Positions 37,356 to 50,880 of a stretch of 64,000 nucleotides of DNA are shown piece by piece. The stretch is taken from positions 3,410,001-3,474,000 of the forward strand of contig CM068742.1 in assembly GCA_035084275.1 (NCBI GenBank). The letters are read 5' to 3'. Made by a program: the position numbers and the translations under genes. Each line of letters begins with the position of its first letter. Position 1 is the stretch's first letter. The notes under the pieces are model-generated. The model saw only the letters and a list, made by a program, of their open reading frames with translations, ran no database searches and was not told where the DNA came from. This DNA comes from Hydrolagus colliei (lineage: Eukaryota).

Positions 37356-38549
37356 TGGAAAAAAATCCCTGACAAGCTTTGGCGTTATGTCAAGATATCA
37401 GGATCCTACAATATATTTTCACCTACATGTTGTCCAGTGTGAAGCTATTATGTTCTGTTTGCTCTGCATCTTGATAAAGAGCACAGACAAGCTTATATCT
37501 ACATACTGCAGAGGTTCACACAGCTCTCGCTGACACTCCACAAACAAGGTATTTGCATGGAAATAGAATTCTATTTATATCACACTTCCGCAGTGTAGTT
37601 TTCCTCCATCGATTATTCACAAGGGGAAGTTTCTAGAATCTGTACCGCAATCCAACAAACCTTTGAACATGTGGTATAAACAGGTGACAGAAGTTGGGAG
37701 AAATTCTATGACAGGAAAGTATACAATTTGCTGTTTTTTCCTGAAATAAAAGAGCCGTTTCAATCGTACGGTACTGTATTATTTTCAATGCCTGTATAAG
37801 TTTCTAAATAACACAACTTTAAATAGCTCTACTCCTTTTTATATACAATAATCCTTGCACGTATGGTCTAGCTCGGTTCGTACATAACAATCCTTGCATT
37901 CCAATGCCTTGTGATGTCCTCCTGACATGCAGATATATGAATGGAATGCATTGTTGTTGTTGTCGCTGCCTTACTAGGCCAAAACATCTCAAAGAACTTC
38001 ACCGAGTTATTTCATAAAGTGCACTGACTGTGTTTAACGCAGCAAGAATGACCTGTCGAAAGTCCCTCTGACAATGAAGTATTCCACAGGACCGCACTGG
38101 AGTGTTAGGTTGGCTCGCGCTGTGAGCTCACAGCCCAGACATGCAGCTTGAACCCGCAGCCTTGATCAATTGTTTTAAACTGTTTTAAATAGCAATGTAA
38201 CAAATTGATGGTCCCTGCAATAGGTTTGTCTCATCTGAAACGCTGGTGTACATTACTCAGAGAAAGCGGGTGAGGGACATCTGAACGGTGCTGTAGAAAT
38301 GTAATTTGTTGTCTTTATTGTTGGAAAATGATGGGCAAAAATGGAAAAAATAAAGCAAAAGTATAAACATCTCAGTGTTTCATTGACACTGAACAACGGT
38401 GACTGTCACCTCAGCTGTCGATATTTGGACCCCTTGTTGTCCATTTGGAATGACAATGGGAGGGATCAGGCACCACTCGTCTGCCGGGGAGGAAAGTACT
38501 GAACTGCGATTTGCGGCCAAACAAAGGTTAAGTACATTTTACTGTAAAC

Positions 38550-38730
38550 AAACAATAATAATTTGGTCACTCAATCCACGACCGTTTGTGGGACGCTGCT
38601 GTGCGCAATTGGCGGTCGCGTTTCGCTCACAAATATACAGTCAATTAACTTTACAGTATATTCTGTGAAGCACCTTGAGACGTCATTAAGATGAGAAAAG
38701 CACTATATCAAATGCGAGGATTATTATTAG
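38550..38730 (+). mobile_element. SINE 3' half
   Basis: tgtgggacgctgctgtgcgcaattggcggtcgcgtttcgc and tail. Confidence 0.9.
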
Positions 38731-40057
38731 TATCTTCAGCATGAGGTAATGGATTTCCGCGTTTGTCAGACTCCCAGCCGATCAAAATGACTATCAATTT
38801 AAACTTTTTTGAAATTTATTTCCAACAGAACATTTGGAAAAATATCCAATTTGTGTTTGAAGTAGCACAATATCATTGCTTTTTTCCAGTTGAACAAGTA
38901 TCTTGATTCCTTTTTACTGTGCGGTAATTTTATGGAAGCAATTCTGAATATTTTCCATAATTGTATGGTATCTTCAGCATTTTCTTCTAACTCAAGTAAA
39001 TTTTCTGAATAGGTTAATAACGTATCCTCAGGTTGTATTTATTGCCAAGATTGGAGTTTCTTTTTTAGGATCAAACTACTTAAACTGAGTAACACGCAGT
39101 AGTGCATTAGGAAAAGGGAAATGTTTAATGTCATAAATAATGCGATAGCTGTACACATGAGATCAGTAAATTTCCTTGGCTAAATGCTATGCCAATTGAA
39201 TTTGTGCAGAACTTTATTTTGAACAATATCAATGCGATAGTGAACCACACAAAACTGTAAAAGGCAATGAAAAACATGGAGCATTCCTTTTATAAGGTTT
39301 CCAATAATGAAAGAAAAGTTTCTATAAAAGGAACACAAGCTATTCCACAAAGGTGTTGTTTCTTACTTCCCTGTTCGAGGATTGTTTTTCTCCAGAGTGT
39401 ACAACTCATTTAATTAAATGCCTTAGATTCTACAGATTCTCTTCAGATATCCTGTGAAACAGGCTTTATATTGAGGTATCCCTGGTGTAACAATATTCCC
39501 ACTCACAAAGATCATGTTTTGATGTCATTCAGCATGAACATTCAGAAATGCTTCTCAGTGCAAACCATCTTAACTATTCACTGAACCCACATCGACCAAT
39601 TGCATATTATAATACTGTTTCCAGCAATTAACAGCAAACAATATAAAGCAGTGACTAACGTATTCTAATCAATTGGAGACCGCTGTGATTTAAATAATAA
39701 GCAAAAGTGACAAGCAGTTGGAGGGCAGGAAAGATGTATCCGATACTTAGCTTTGACTGGTTTTCTTATATATTGCTTCAGTTGAAATTCTTGTCATATA
39801 AAAGAACATGAGAGACATTAAAACTAATTAAAATGTTCTACATCACATTTTACTGCTTCAGAAATGTATGCTTTCTGCTTGTGAGAGGGTACCATCACAC
39901 TGAAATGAATCCTGACATAATTGCCAATCGACATCAAATCATTACCTAATTTACCAAACAGTTGATGATGGAAGCAGCATATTAACTCCTAACATGACCT
40001 TTCTGAGATAAAACGGATTTCATATTCCAATGACATCCAAAATTAAGATATCAAAAT

Positions 40058-40395
40058 TATTAATAATAATCCTTTTGTGACATAGCACCTTATCATGTCA
40101 TTGAGATATCTCAAATCACTTCACAGAATATATTGTAATGTGAATTAACTGTATTTTGCCTAGCAAAACATGGCAATCAATTGTACACAGGGATCCCACA
40201 AACAGTCATGAATTGAGTTACCGCAAAAATGTTTTGAGTGATTATTGTCCCCAGAAAGTAAGCCGCCAATCAACTATAACCAAGTTCCTATTTAATGCTG
40301 GGTGAACAAAGGAATGTGTTAGAAGGAAATTTGCCAAAGGCTTTGGCCCACCAAGGAATCAAACCTGGATCATTGCGAGGCGAGTATGCTACCCA
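40058..40395 (-). mobile_element. Older full-length SINE
   Basis: Tail, Deu core and head remnants (ggaatcaaacctggatc). Confidence 0.8.
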
Positions 40396-42429
40396 GTATG
40401 CTATGTATGCTATACATATATATATATGTATGCTATGTGCCGTTACGAGATGATGAAAGAAAGTGATATACTGCTTCGATACAAAGTTCAACATAAGATG
40501 CAATTAATTCAGTCTTTAGGTCTAGCAACAAGATATTCTTTTCCTGGAAAGCTGGATTAAAAGCCATTTTGGCTTTTAGTGAGCGATACCACCATTGTTG
40601 AAAATAGTGTGCTATTTTCTTAATTTCTTACAACGGTGTGTTGCTTTGGCTCTAGCTTTTGAGTCAAAAGGTTCAAGCCACACAATAGGATTTGAACTTA
40701 TGGAACCTTGTCGCATTCTCAGTATTATACAGTGCTGAGTGCAGTATTGCAGATTCTGTCTTTTGTATGAGGTGCGCCTTGCCACAATCTACCAACGTGA
40801 AAGGTGCTCTACAAATGCAATTCTGTTGTTGTGGTTAAACTGAGCTTTCCATCTGTTGATCGTCCAGGTGTCTGAATAACAGATCATTCTGAGGATTTGC
40901 AATGAAATATCTTGAAAACAGAAACAACAAGTGGTGGTGGTATCCTGCAGTCATGCGACAAAATCTCAAAGAACCAAATGATGTTGAGTGAAACTCTGAG
41001 ACATGCAACAAGTCAGAGCAGTCTTTGGCTGAAGTGGGTTTGAACGATCCTGGACAAATGGAGTGGTAGGCCTCAGAGGAAATGGAACTCATGGGAAAAA
41101 GGTATTTAAGCACACGGTAGATGAGGAAGAAAAGGTGAAGAGATGGAATGGGTACCAAATACTCTGAAATTAGGTAAGCATGATGAGGGAGAGAGCATAT
41201 GTATTCCATTCCAAAACAATGTAATTTTGATGAATAGGTTGGATGGCTAGAATTCTCAGTTTGGGTTCCCACATGTGTCATGTGTCAGGCTAACCCCCCA
41301 AAAAATCTTTACTATTGATGTAGCACCTTTCACATTGGGAAGATAGCTCAAAGCATTTCATTCAATTTTACTGTAAAGTGTAGTGAAGTGTAATGTAGGT
41401 GAAGGCAGCAGCTGACTTGCACTCAGCCCTGAAGTGAATGACCAACTTTATCTGAGGGATTTGGATGCAATGTGTTTTCCTTGGTTCTCAGCTATTTAAT
41501 AGCAAAAGAAAACTGATAGCTATTACTAAAGAAGCATTTTGTTACTTTTGTTCTAAGTTATCCAGTACCATTGTCATCTTATTTTATTTTAAAGGTAATC
41601 ATTTTAAGGCTCCCTATTTCCTGATGGCATTCACTGCCTACATCATCATATATTATACCTTTTAGACGACTCATTCGTCAGCTATTTCCGGATTGATGTT
41701 GCTTTAGCTGTATCAATACCAAAAGTACCGTAAAGTACAAAATGAAGAAATAACTTAATATGTAAGCTCTTTGGAATAACTTATTAAATATTTTATAGCA
41801 CATTTATAATAAGCCTGGAATCTCAATAAAAAAATCATAAAAAAAACATGTACTCTGGCACCTTGCAATATGAAGATCTAAATAGAGTAAGACAGGTGGA
41901 GGTCAAACAGGGTGTAGGACATTGTGGGAGGTGTTTTGCCCTTCAACTATTGAGCAACTTCCCTTGAGAATTTTATTTGGGTTTAATAATTATTGAATCT
42001 TTAAATGTTTCCTACATTTATTCTATTTTGTTGCAAACACATTGTAATACTCATCAATATGGGAGAAATTCCCCATGTACCAAATTCTAAACCCTTTTTT
42101 CAAAGCAACACAGGAATTCACACACCAATACTCAGAGGAAAAATAAGTGAAACTTAATTCAGATTTTCAAATGCAAACTGCAAGTGTTCATAAATAATAC
42201 AGTTACAAAATGTTGGAGTAAGATATGTACACAGAAATAACTAACATACATTATACACTCAATGTTCTACACTGCCTCCAGGTTTGACAACTCCTACATC
42301 ACAGTGGCCAGTATACAGAGCTCAGACGCATTAACTGATCAGAATGCTACACAGCTTTTTCATGGCTGTTGAGGATCTAAATCGATTTTGCAATGCTGCC
42401 CAGCAGCTTGTTTTCTTATTGACAAAACA

Positions 42430-42650
42430 CAAAATAGCTAAAACAAAAACAGAAGTCACTAGGAACATCCAGCAAGGCAGGCAGCATCTATAAGGAAAGG
42501 AAAGTGAGTCAACGTTTTGGGTCCGTTGTGAAGGGTCATGGGTTCTGAAGAAAGGTCATGGACCCAGCACATTGATACACTTTCCTTTGCCTTGATGCTG
42601 TCTGACCTACTGAATGTGCCCAGTGACTTCTGGTTTTTTTCAGCTTGTTT
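42430..42650. mobile_element. Fold-back pair of Penelope-like terminal repeats
   Basis: First half matches 27074-27195; second half is an imperfect reverse complement beginning ctgaagaaaggtcatggaccc. Confidence 0.7.
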
Positions 42651-42991
42651 TCTTTTTATTTCTTCTACGTGCCCTAGAGCTTGTGGAGGGTAAAGCTGGA
42701 AGTTGGGCAAGTCCATAGGTGATAAAGGTAAACTTGAGGATTTTGACTGTGTTGGGGATAAGATTGTGATGGAGGACGGAGATGTTACTAAGATGGAGGA
42801 AAGGAAACTTGGTCAGGGACTGGATAAAAGGCTTCAAGTAGTGATGAGGGTTTACAAAAACAAGAAAGGAAAGTACAAATGGCAACTCAAATTGAGAATT
42901 GTGTTATTTTATTGATATATCATCACCTTGGTAGGCTCTTGATAGGAGTGAAATAGCTGAAGGTTTCAAAATCTAAAATGCATTTGTGAAG

Positions 42992-43179
42992 AAACCTGTC
43001 TCCAGCATTTATGGACATCAGAATAATTTGCCTAAATATCATGAAGTTATTGAGCTAAAGTTTTCAAAATGTAACCTAAAGCAAACCTGCCTCTAGCATT
43101 TATGTGACATCAGAATGATGTGTCTAAATATCATGAAGTTATTGATGTGAGGTAAAGTTTTCAAAATGTAACCTAAAGC
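42992..43179 (+). repeat. Tandem duplication, two units of about 91 and 97 bp
   Basis: aaacctg.ctc.agcatttatg...taaatatcatgaagttattga...taaagttttcaaaatgtaacctaaagc occurs twice. Confidence 0.92.
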
Positions 43180-43958
43180 ATCCCATCAGTGCTTACTTCA
43201 GGATGGAAGAACAGGGGGTCCTTTGATTAATAGGGCATTCCAAAATATTTTCCGATAGGTGTCTGAGCTAGCCAACAGTGACTCAGTCTTCACCCAATTA
43301 TATGAGTTTGGTCCTACTTGATATGTTAAAGAATGATGAATCCGAGCTGAGTCAAGCCACAATTCATGAACTGCTTTCCAACCAGTACTTCTAATTATGT
43401 GGATCACTAGCTCCTGTCTCTCAAGAATTGTTAAATGGTTTTACATGCACCAACTTTTAAGAAGCCTTTTTTAAAATTATGTTTTGTTTTGACCTTGCCA
43501 CTTACAGATTATTTCTTGTATTACCAAGCCGTACTGTGCAACTCTGCTGAAGAAACAAAAAAAATGAGGTGATAATTGAAACATATGAAAAATATCACAT
43601 CTTTGATGAATGCCGTAAACAAGACAAGTCAATAATACTCATGGCTCCCAAAACTCTACCCTCTTCTCTATTAATTGTGTTCACAATGATTGAGCCAGCA
43701 GTGGAGTGTGGGCTTGTTGGCCTGATTATAGCATCAGAGTGCTAAGTAACAAGATATTGTATTAACTGTCCAAATTTAGTCCAAATTTGTTGGACTAAAA
43801 TGTGTATCCTGTTAATTTCTACTCCAAAGCTATGCTTTGCCAACTAATGCCTCCTGTAGGCACAACTTCCATCCTTAAGAATGACAATGAAACAAATGAA
43901 TTTTTTTAAGCGAAGATACAAAAACAACATAAAATCAAAGCAGAGAATAAAATAATCC

Positions 43959-44292
43959 TAATAATAATCCTAGCATTTGATATAGCGCTTTTCACATCTT
44001 GTCGACGCCCCAAAGCACTTCACAGAATATACTGTAAAGTGAATTGACTGTATATATTTGTGGGCGAATCGCGGCAGCCAATTGCGCACAGCAGTGTCCC
44101 ACAAACAGTCGTGGATTGAAATTACCGATTTTATTATTGTGGTTTTGTTGGGAGGGATTATTATTAGGCGTGTGGAGTAAGGAAACTTGCCCAAGGTTTC
44201 GCCCTGACCTGCCTGGATTCGAACACAGGTCTCCCCATCTTGGTCTCCCCAGCTTGCAAGACAAGTGCTCTAACCACTGAGCCACAGGAGCC
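43959..44292 (-). mobile_element. Young full-length tRNA/Deu SINE
   Basis: Intact A box (tggctcagtgg), B box (gttcgaatcc), Deu core with CpGs retained, tail. Confidence 0.95.
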
Positions 44293-44476
44293 ACAGGACC
44301 AATGAATGGTAGTAATGTAGATTTTTCTCAAGATCTGACATTCTCAATCTTAGCCTACCTTACCTTTGTCTTAATTTGCTCCATTCTCAATATTTAAAAC
44401 ACAAGTTGAGAAACAGTGCAATAAAAACTTTTGATAAAGCTGAAGAGTTGCTGGGTCTTAGAATGAAAGTAGAATA

Positions 44477-45645
44477 CAGGTAAACCTCTATTTAGGATTC
44501 TTCTATTTACGATGTTTTGATTGAAGGAACATAATTTTTTAACACCTTTTGATCGATATAGGACACTTGGATTAGTTTTAATGAACAACATTTTTTTGCA
44601 CATGCGCAGTACATATTTTGAATATTGCGGTCGCATTTTGCACGTCCTTTTTGTCCATAACGCACAGTCCATAGTGTATTCACAGGTAAATCCAAGTAAA
44701 CTGCCAATAGCATGTCACCACGTCATTGTTTAAAAGCCAGCTGATTTTGAAGCAACACCACACCACGTCAGTATTACGGTAATTTCCTGACATTCCCGAG
44801 CAACTTCAAGCCATTTACAGCCTCTAATGCGTTTCTACCATGTCGGAGAACAGACAGCAGTAAGTGAAATGAGCAGCGGTAATACCTTTAGCAGCCAGAA
44901 ACCCCGCAAAGTCTCACTTTAAATATTAAATTGGAGGTGATAAAGCGCATCGATTCTGGTAAAAAAAAAGTACGGATGTCGGGAGGGCTTTAGGGCTAGC
45001 TAGATCGACGGTGGCTACGATAAAACAGAATAAGGACAATATAATGGCAAGTTCAAGATGTGTTACAGCTACAGGTGCAAGCAGATTAGCAAAACATAGG
45101 AGTGATGTGAAACATGTAAAGAATGCTGAGTGTCTGGATTGAGGATCAGAACCAGCGTAATATACCACTCAACACCCTGGTTATCCAAGAGAAGGCAAAA
45201 TCATTGTTTAGGGAATTAAATGATCAGGAAGGAGAAGGCTCAACAGCACCACCTTTCAGTGCTAGCAGAGGGTGGTTTCAAAGGTTTAGAAGATGCTCTG
45301 GGCTCCACAACATCAACTGCAAGTGCCACCGCCACAGTCACACTGCAAGTATTAAAGTTTGCCAGTAGTGTACTGTATTAAAGTTTGCCAGTATTAAAGT
45401 ACAATACTGTAAAGTTACCCAAAGTACCCCTTCTTGCCTATGTGTGTCAATTTGTGTGCTTTGTGTGTTATATTGTGTGGTTTTGTGTGTTATTAAGTGG
45501 GTTTAAGGTCCGAAATTTTTGTGAAAAGAACACATCTCTGGTTATATAATGGGACCGCATGGGAAATCGAGTTTCGATTTAGAACATTTCAATCTAGATA
45601 CAGTTTTTCAGGAACGCAACCCCGTCTTAAATAGAGGTTTACCTG
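44477..45645 (+). mobile_element. Internally deleted Tigger (pogo/TcMar) DNA transposon
   Basis: Perfect 18-bp TIR caggtaaacctctattta, TA flanks at 44475-76 and 45646-47, degenerate transposase inside. Confidence 0.95.
44840..45320 (+). pseudogene. Frameshifted Tigger transposase N-terminus (CENP-B-type HTH domains; DDE domain absent)
   Basis: LTLNIKLEVIKR..., DVGRALGLARSTVATI, LSVWIEDQNQRNIPL...IQEKAKSLF...FSASRGWFQRFR. Confidence 0.92.
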
Positions 45646-45647
45646 TA

Positions 45648-45858
45648 CAATAAAAGCCCGTTTATCCGTGACCCGATCAACCATAACTTCCGTATAACCA
45701 GCACCTAAAAAAAAGGTCCCCATTCGATTAACCGGAATTTATCCGGCACAATGTTTTTATTGTGTAAAAAAAAATTGTATTTTCGGCCAAACATCCAGCA
45801 CACACTTTAACCGGCATTGGCCTGGTGCCGAGGGTACCTGATAAACGGGCTTTTACTG
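45648..45858. mobile_element. Tigger-type MITE, 211 bp
   Basis: TIR ca(a/g)taaaagcccgtttatc, 19 bp with one mismatch; TA on both sides. Confidence 0.92.
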
Positions 45859-46224
45859 TAGTTGTTTAACTCAGCTTCGGAATGTATCATGTCTTTATGC
45901 ATCTTTCACCTGCAAATATGGTCACTACACTTTTCAAAAAGTTGGAATGCACTTTGAAAATATTAAAATAATAATAATCCTTGCATTTGATTTAGCGCCT
46001 ATCATATTATTGAGATGTTTAAAAGCAACCAACAGCAGCCACAAATAATCATGTATTGACCAACCAAGTTAATATATATTTCTTTATTGTTTTTATTTCT
46101 AATATTATAGGTACAATATTAAATCCAAGGATTATTATTATTATCTCAATCCTGCAAAATTTTAAACATAGTCAATTTAGATGGGCACCATACATTCGTA
46201 CACAGCCATAATGTGGTCACTTAA

Positions 46225-46506
46225 TCCACAACAAGTTTCCTTACTCCACACATCACTGTTTACCTAGGAGAAAGTAGGAACATAGTTGTTGATTGATTGA
46301 TTGATTGATTGATTGATGGATGGGTGTGTGGGTGACCAATTAAAAAAAATTGGTCACTCAATCCACGACTGTTAATGGGACACTGCTGTGCGCAATTGGT
46401 TGCCATGTTTTGAGCACAAGGTATAGCCAATTCCCCCTATATTCTGTGAAGCGCTTTGAGACGTGAAGAGTTGAAAACACGATATCAATACATTGGATTA
46501 TTATTA
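46225..46506 (+). mobile_element. SINE lacking head, with internal (ttga)n microsatellite
   Basis: aagtttccttactccacac block, (ttga)n at about 46290-46317, Deu core, tail. Confidence 0.85.
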
Positions 46507-48940
46507 TACAAACTCAAGGGTCTAAGGTGGACTTCAGTTTGAAAAATGACTCCGGTCCAATTTCAACAAGCACTGGTAAGCAAAGGTAATAATTTTGCTA
46601 TGGAATAGACCTATGACAACTTGCCAAGGTACTCCTTGCTTTCATTGGACTACTCCAAGGACACCACTTTAAACTTGTAAAAATACATTAGAACTTGCCA
46701 GATCCATTTGACAAATATCACTATTAAAGAAGTAATGAGCCATTTATTTCACAATGATTCCTTAAAGTACTTGACAGTACAGCTATTGTAATGTGATAAC
46801 ATATCTACTGTGTTACATTTACTACAGTAAATTATCACATAACTTGGTTTTGTGAGCTGAGGGATTAAAAATAATGTGCGTTTTGGAGATGCTTTGTGGA
46901 AAATCTTTCACATTCAATTTATTGATTTATCATCCAACAAAACTAAAATTGGGGATTAAAACAAGTCAGGCTTCTTTGTTGAAAATGACTGAATATAGAT
47001 TGTGTTGTGGAATTTGCAATGTTTCAAATAGGAATCTGTCATATAGAAGTCATCAAATAAAATAACTATTCCTCCCAGTAGTACAAACACTTCAATCCAC
47101 GGAGCTCCCCATCTGGTATATCCTGCTACATTACTGGTTTGCTGTGATCCACTTGTCTTTACCAGCAAAATTTGCTATTTGAAACATAGAGTCTTCTGCA
47201 AAAAAGGCCCTTGAGAAGTCAATGTAAATCAGCTCCCCAAGGGTTTTTTTTACGTAAGGGGGATAGATATAATAGCACACACTTTCAAAACAACATATTG
47301 TTAAGAATATCAAACATTATCATATTTATTGATACAAGCTTCTGCCTCTCATCAGTGGAACTTGCCATTCCTCTTTGGAGTGAGCATCTGAAGCTTTGCT
47401 ATTGAACGAATCACAGATGGGAATGGATCACAGATGGACAACAAGTCTCTCCCAATTTTTGTGGCTATTGTAACAGACTTTCAGAACTGGCAATGTGGAT
47501 GATTGCTAAAATGGGGCTCTTGCCATTTACCTGAGAGGAGGATGGTGCCTAGATGAAAAAGGGCAGCAAACAAAAGCACCCCCAGTTTCTCTCTGACTAA
47601 AGGATGGCAGGAAGGAGGTCCCTGTATCGTCTGGGCCAAGAAGAACAAAGGAAGACATAGTCAAACCTCTGTAGAGACAGACACAGCTGTAGAATCCCTT
47701 CATTTTAGGGAACCAACAAATGTTGGTCAGTACCTGACCAGGATGGGAACTAACTGAGATTGAGCTGTATAAGGGATGAAGGACAGAACTCAGGTGAGTT
47801 TACTCTTGTGGGGCTGTTGGAAGTAGTGAGTAGTGGGTCTGTTAGGCTTTCTGATCTTTTGTAAAATAAGTTTGTTGTAAAATACTAACAGCTCATTTGT
47901 GTACAACATTGCCCCACAAACAGCCATTAAGTGAATACCCAATTGTATCTGGGGGATTGTTGCCAGAGCATCTAAAGGACGACCTCACCACTGCAATGAA
48001 ACATCAGCCTGGATTATCAATTCAAAATCCTGAAATGGGACCTGAACTCATAACCTTTCGAATCAAAACTAAAAATGCTACCAAATGAGACGGCAGGTTG
48101 AGAGCCTGAATGACTTCTGACTTTAAAAATATAATTTATCTTGTTAAAACAAGTAAAACGTAAATGCATTATCAATCAATAAGTAAAATTTATTGGCCAT
48201 CTGGCTGATGAACTTCAATTTACTGAAACAAACAAACAGCAGGCCTCTTCTGCTATAACGCTGGCCTGTGAATATTTTGATATTGATCAGAGGAAGTGTA
48301 AGAAGATGGAGAGCAGGTTGGTTTAGATTACACTTTCTGCATAACACAGATGCTCTGAAATCTCTTTGCTTCATTACCATCATCCATTTTGCCAAAGCAT
48401 TAGAATGCAGTCAATCATTGAGTTGAGAGGTGTTAGTGGGAAGATTTTCAGTGCAGCCTTCTGGACTGCTGGCTATTCTTAGCGACAGGTGTACTGCGGA
48501 ACATTTGGCAGGAAATACTAAGTGCAGCAAATGATTCCTGCATCATTAGTGGACTAGTCTTCTGGAACATATAGTGACTTCCATTCTGCCAAGTGGAATA
48601 GCTGAAGCTGGGGAGCTACTGACGATGCTAATGGATAAGACGGCCAATCTAGCTTCATTTTTAATGATAAAATTTAAAATAATTCAAGAAAAACAACTTT
48701 TGGATCTGTTCCCAAATTTCACTTTGCGTTTTGGAAATATCAACTGCACCACAAGACCAGAGATACAGCAATGATACTCAGCAACTTTAGTTTCAGAAGC
48801 TGAAACATATCTATAAATAATACGGATAAATATCAACTATCTGGGAATGCTGTTTCAGCAACAATAAGCTCACCATGATCATCTTCTAACCACTGTCTAT
48901 GAACATAGGAACAGGCTTGATGGGCTAAATGGTCCCCCTT

Positions 48941-50880
48941 CATAGAATCATAGAATTTTACGGCACAAAAGGAGACCATTCGGCCCATCTAGTCTGTGCC
49001 GGCTCTTTGAAAAGAGCAACTCAATCCCACTGCCCAGCTCTCTCCCCATAACCTAACAGACCTGTTCTCCCTAAATAAAGATCTAATTCTCTTTTAAAAA
49101 GCTGTTATCGAATCGGCCTCCACCACCTTTTCAGGCAATGCATTCCAGATTCGAACAACCCGCTGAGTGAAAAAATTTATTCTCAGCTCCCCTCAGTTTT
49201 GTTTTGAAACTATTTTAAATCTGTGACCACGAGTCACTGATTCACCACCAGTGGAAACAGTTTTTCCTTATTCACCTTGTCGTATCCTCTCATGATTTTA
49301 TAAACCTCTATTAGATCTCCTCTCAACCTTCTCTGTTCTAAAGAGAATAAACCTAGCCTATCTAGCCTTTCCCCATAACTGAAGTCCCTCAATCCCGGTC
49401 CCATTCTAGTAAACCCTCTTTGCACCCTTTCCAATGCCTTAACATCCTTTCTATAGTGTGGTGATCAGAATTGGACACAGTACTCCAGCTGAGGCCTAAC
49501 CAAAGTTTTATCGAGGTTAATCAGCACTTCCTGACTTTTGTACTCTATACCCCTATTTATGAAGTCTAGTATCCCATATGCCTTCTTAACGGCTTTGTCT
49601 ACCTGTCCTGCCACCTTCAAAGAGTCACTAACACAAATCCCGAGGTCTCTGTTCCCTCACACCCCTTAAAATTTACAATCTAGCCTATATTGCCTGCCCT
49701 CATTTCTTTTCCCAAAATGTGTCACCTCACACTTCTCTGCATTAAACTTCATCTGCCATGTGTCTGCCCATTTTATCTATATCTTCTTGCAGATGGTTAC
49801 TAGCCTCCTCACTATTTACTATTCTGCCTAATTTAATATCATCTGCAAACTTGGAAACTGTGCTCCCTACACCCAAATCTAGATCACTAATATATATTAA
49901 AAAAAGCAGTGCTCTCAATACCAATCTCTGGGGGACGCCACTGCATACTTCCCTCCAGTCTGAAAAACAACCGCTCACCAGAACTCTCTGCTTTCTGTCT
50001 TGCCACCAGTTGTGGATCCACGCTGCCACTGTCCCTTTAATGCCGTAGGCTTCTACTTTCCTAATAAGCCTCTACATCAACCGCACTACCCTCGTTCACC
50101 CATTCTGTTACCTCATCGAAAAATTCTATCAGATTTTGTACGGCAAGATTTGCCTTTAACAAATCCATCTTGTCCCTGATTATACACTCTAGAAGTTTAC
50201 CCACTATCGACATTATCTGACAGGCCTGTAGTTCCCAGGTTTGTCCTTCTGCCCTTTTTGTACAGGGGATTAACATTAGCAACCTTCCAGTCCTCTGGTA
50301 CCACCTCTGTGTCCAAGGAAGATTGAAAGATTGTGGCCAGAGTCTCTGCTATTTGCTCCCGTATATCCCTTAGTAATCTAGGAAACATCCCATCCAGACT
50401 GGGTGACTTATCTACCTTGAGCGCCATCAACCTTTTTAGTACTTCCTCTCTGGTTATGCTTATCTTATCCATTTCTTCTACCCTCTCCTCCAATACTGTA
50501 GCATTGGCTGCATCCTCTTCTCTTGTGAAGACAGAGGCAAAGTACTCATTCAGTACATCAGCCATGCCTTCTGCCTCCACAATAAGATTTCCTCCTTGGC
50601 CCCTAATTGGCCCCACCCTACCCTTGACCAATCTTTTACTCTTTATATGTTTGTAAAAATACCGTAGGGTTCCCATTAATGTTACCTGCTAATTGTTTCT
50701 CATGCAGTCTTTTTGCCCCTCTAATTTCCTTTTTCAGTTCTCTCCTGCTCTTCCTATATTCTACTTGGTTGACCTTTGTATCTTGGGCCTGACACTTGTC
50801 ATAAGCCTCCTTTTTTTGCTTTATTTTCACTCCAATTGCCCTAGTCAACCAGGGAGGTTTGGATGCCCTACATTTTACCT
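48941..50880 (-). mobile_element. 5'-truncated CR1 LINE, about 1.9 kb, degenerate ORF2 (RT)
   Basis: LNEYFASVFT, KSPSLDGMFPRLL, VPEDWKVANV, NLIEFFDEVT, GVPQ, SKFADD, LERVQRGFTRM, RRLRGDLIEVYKI; internal deletions and frameshifts; catagaat tail. Confidence 0.97.

Noticed and set aside
40835-41281. 148-aa minus-strand ORF and opposite-strand exon-like segment
   Set aside because: No recognisable homology; plus-strand frames all contain stops.
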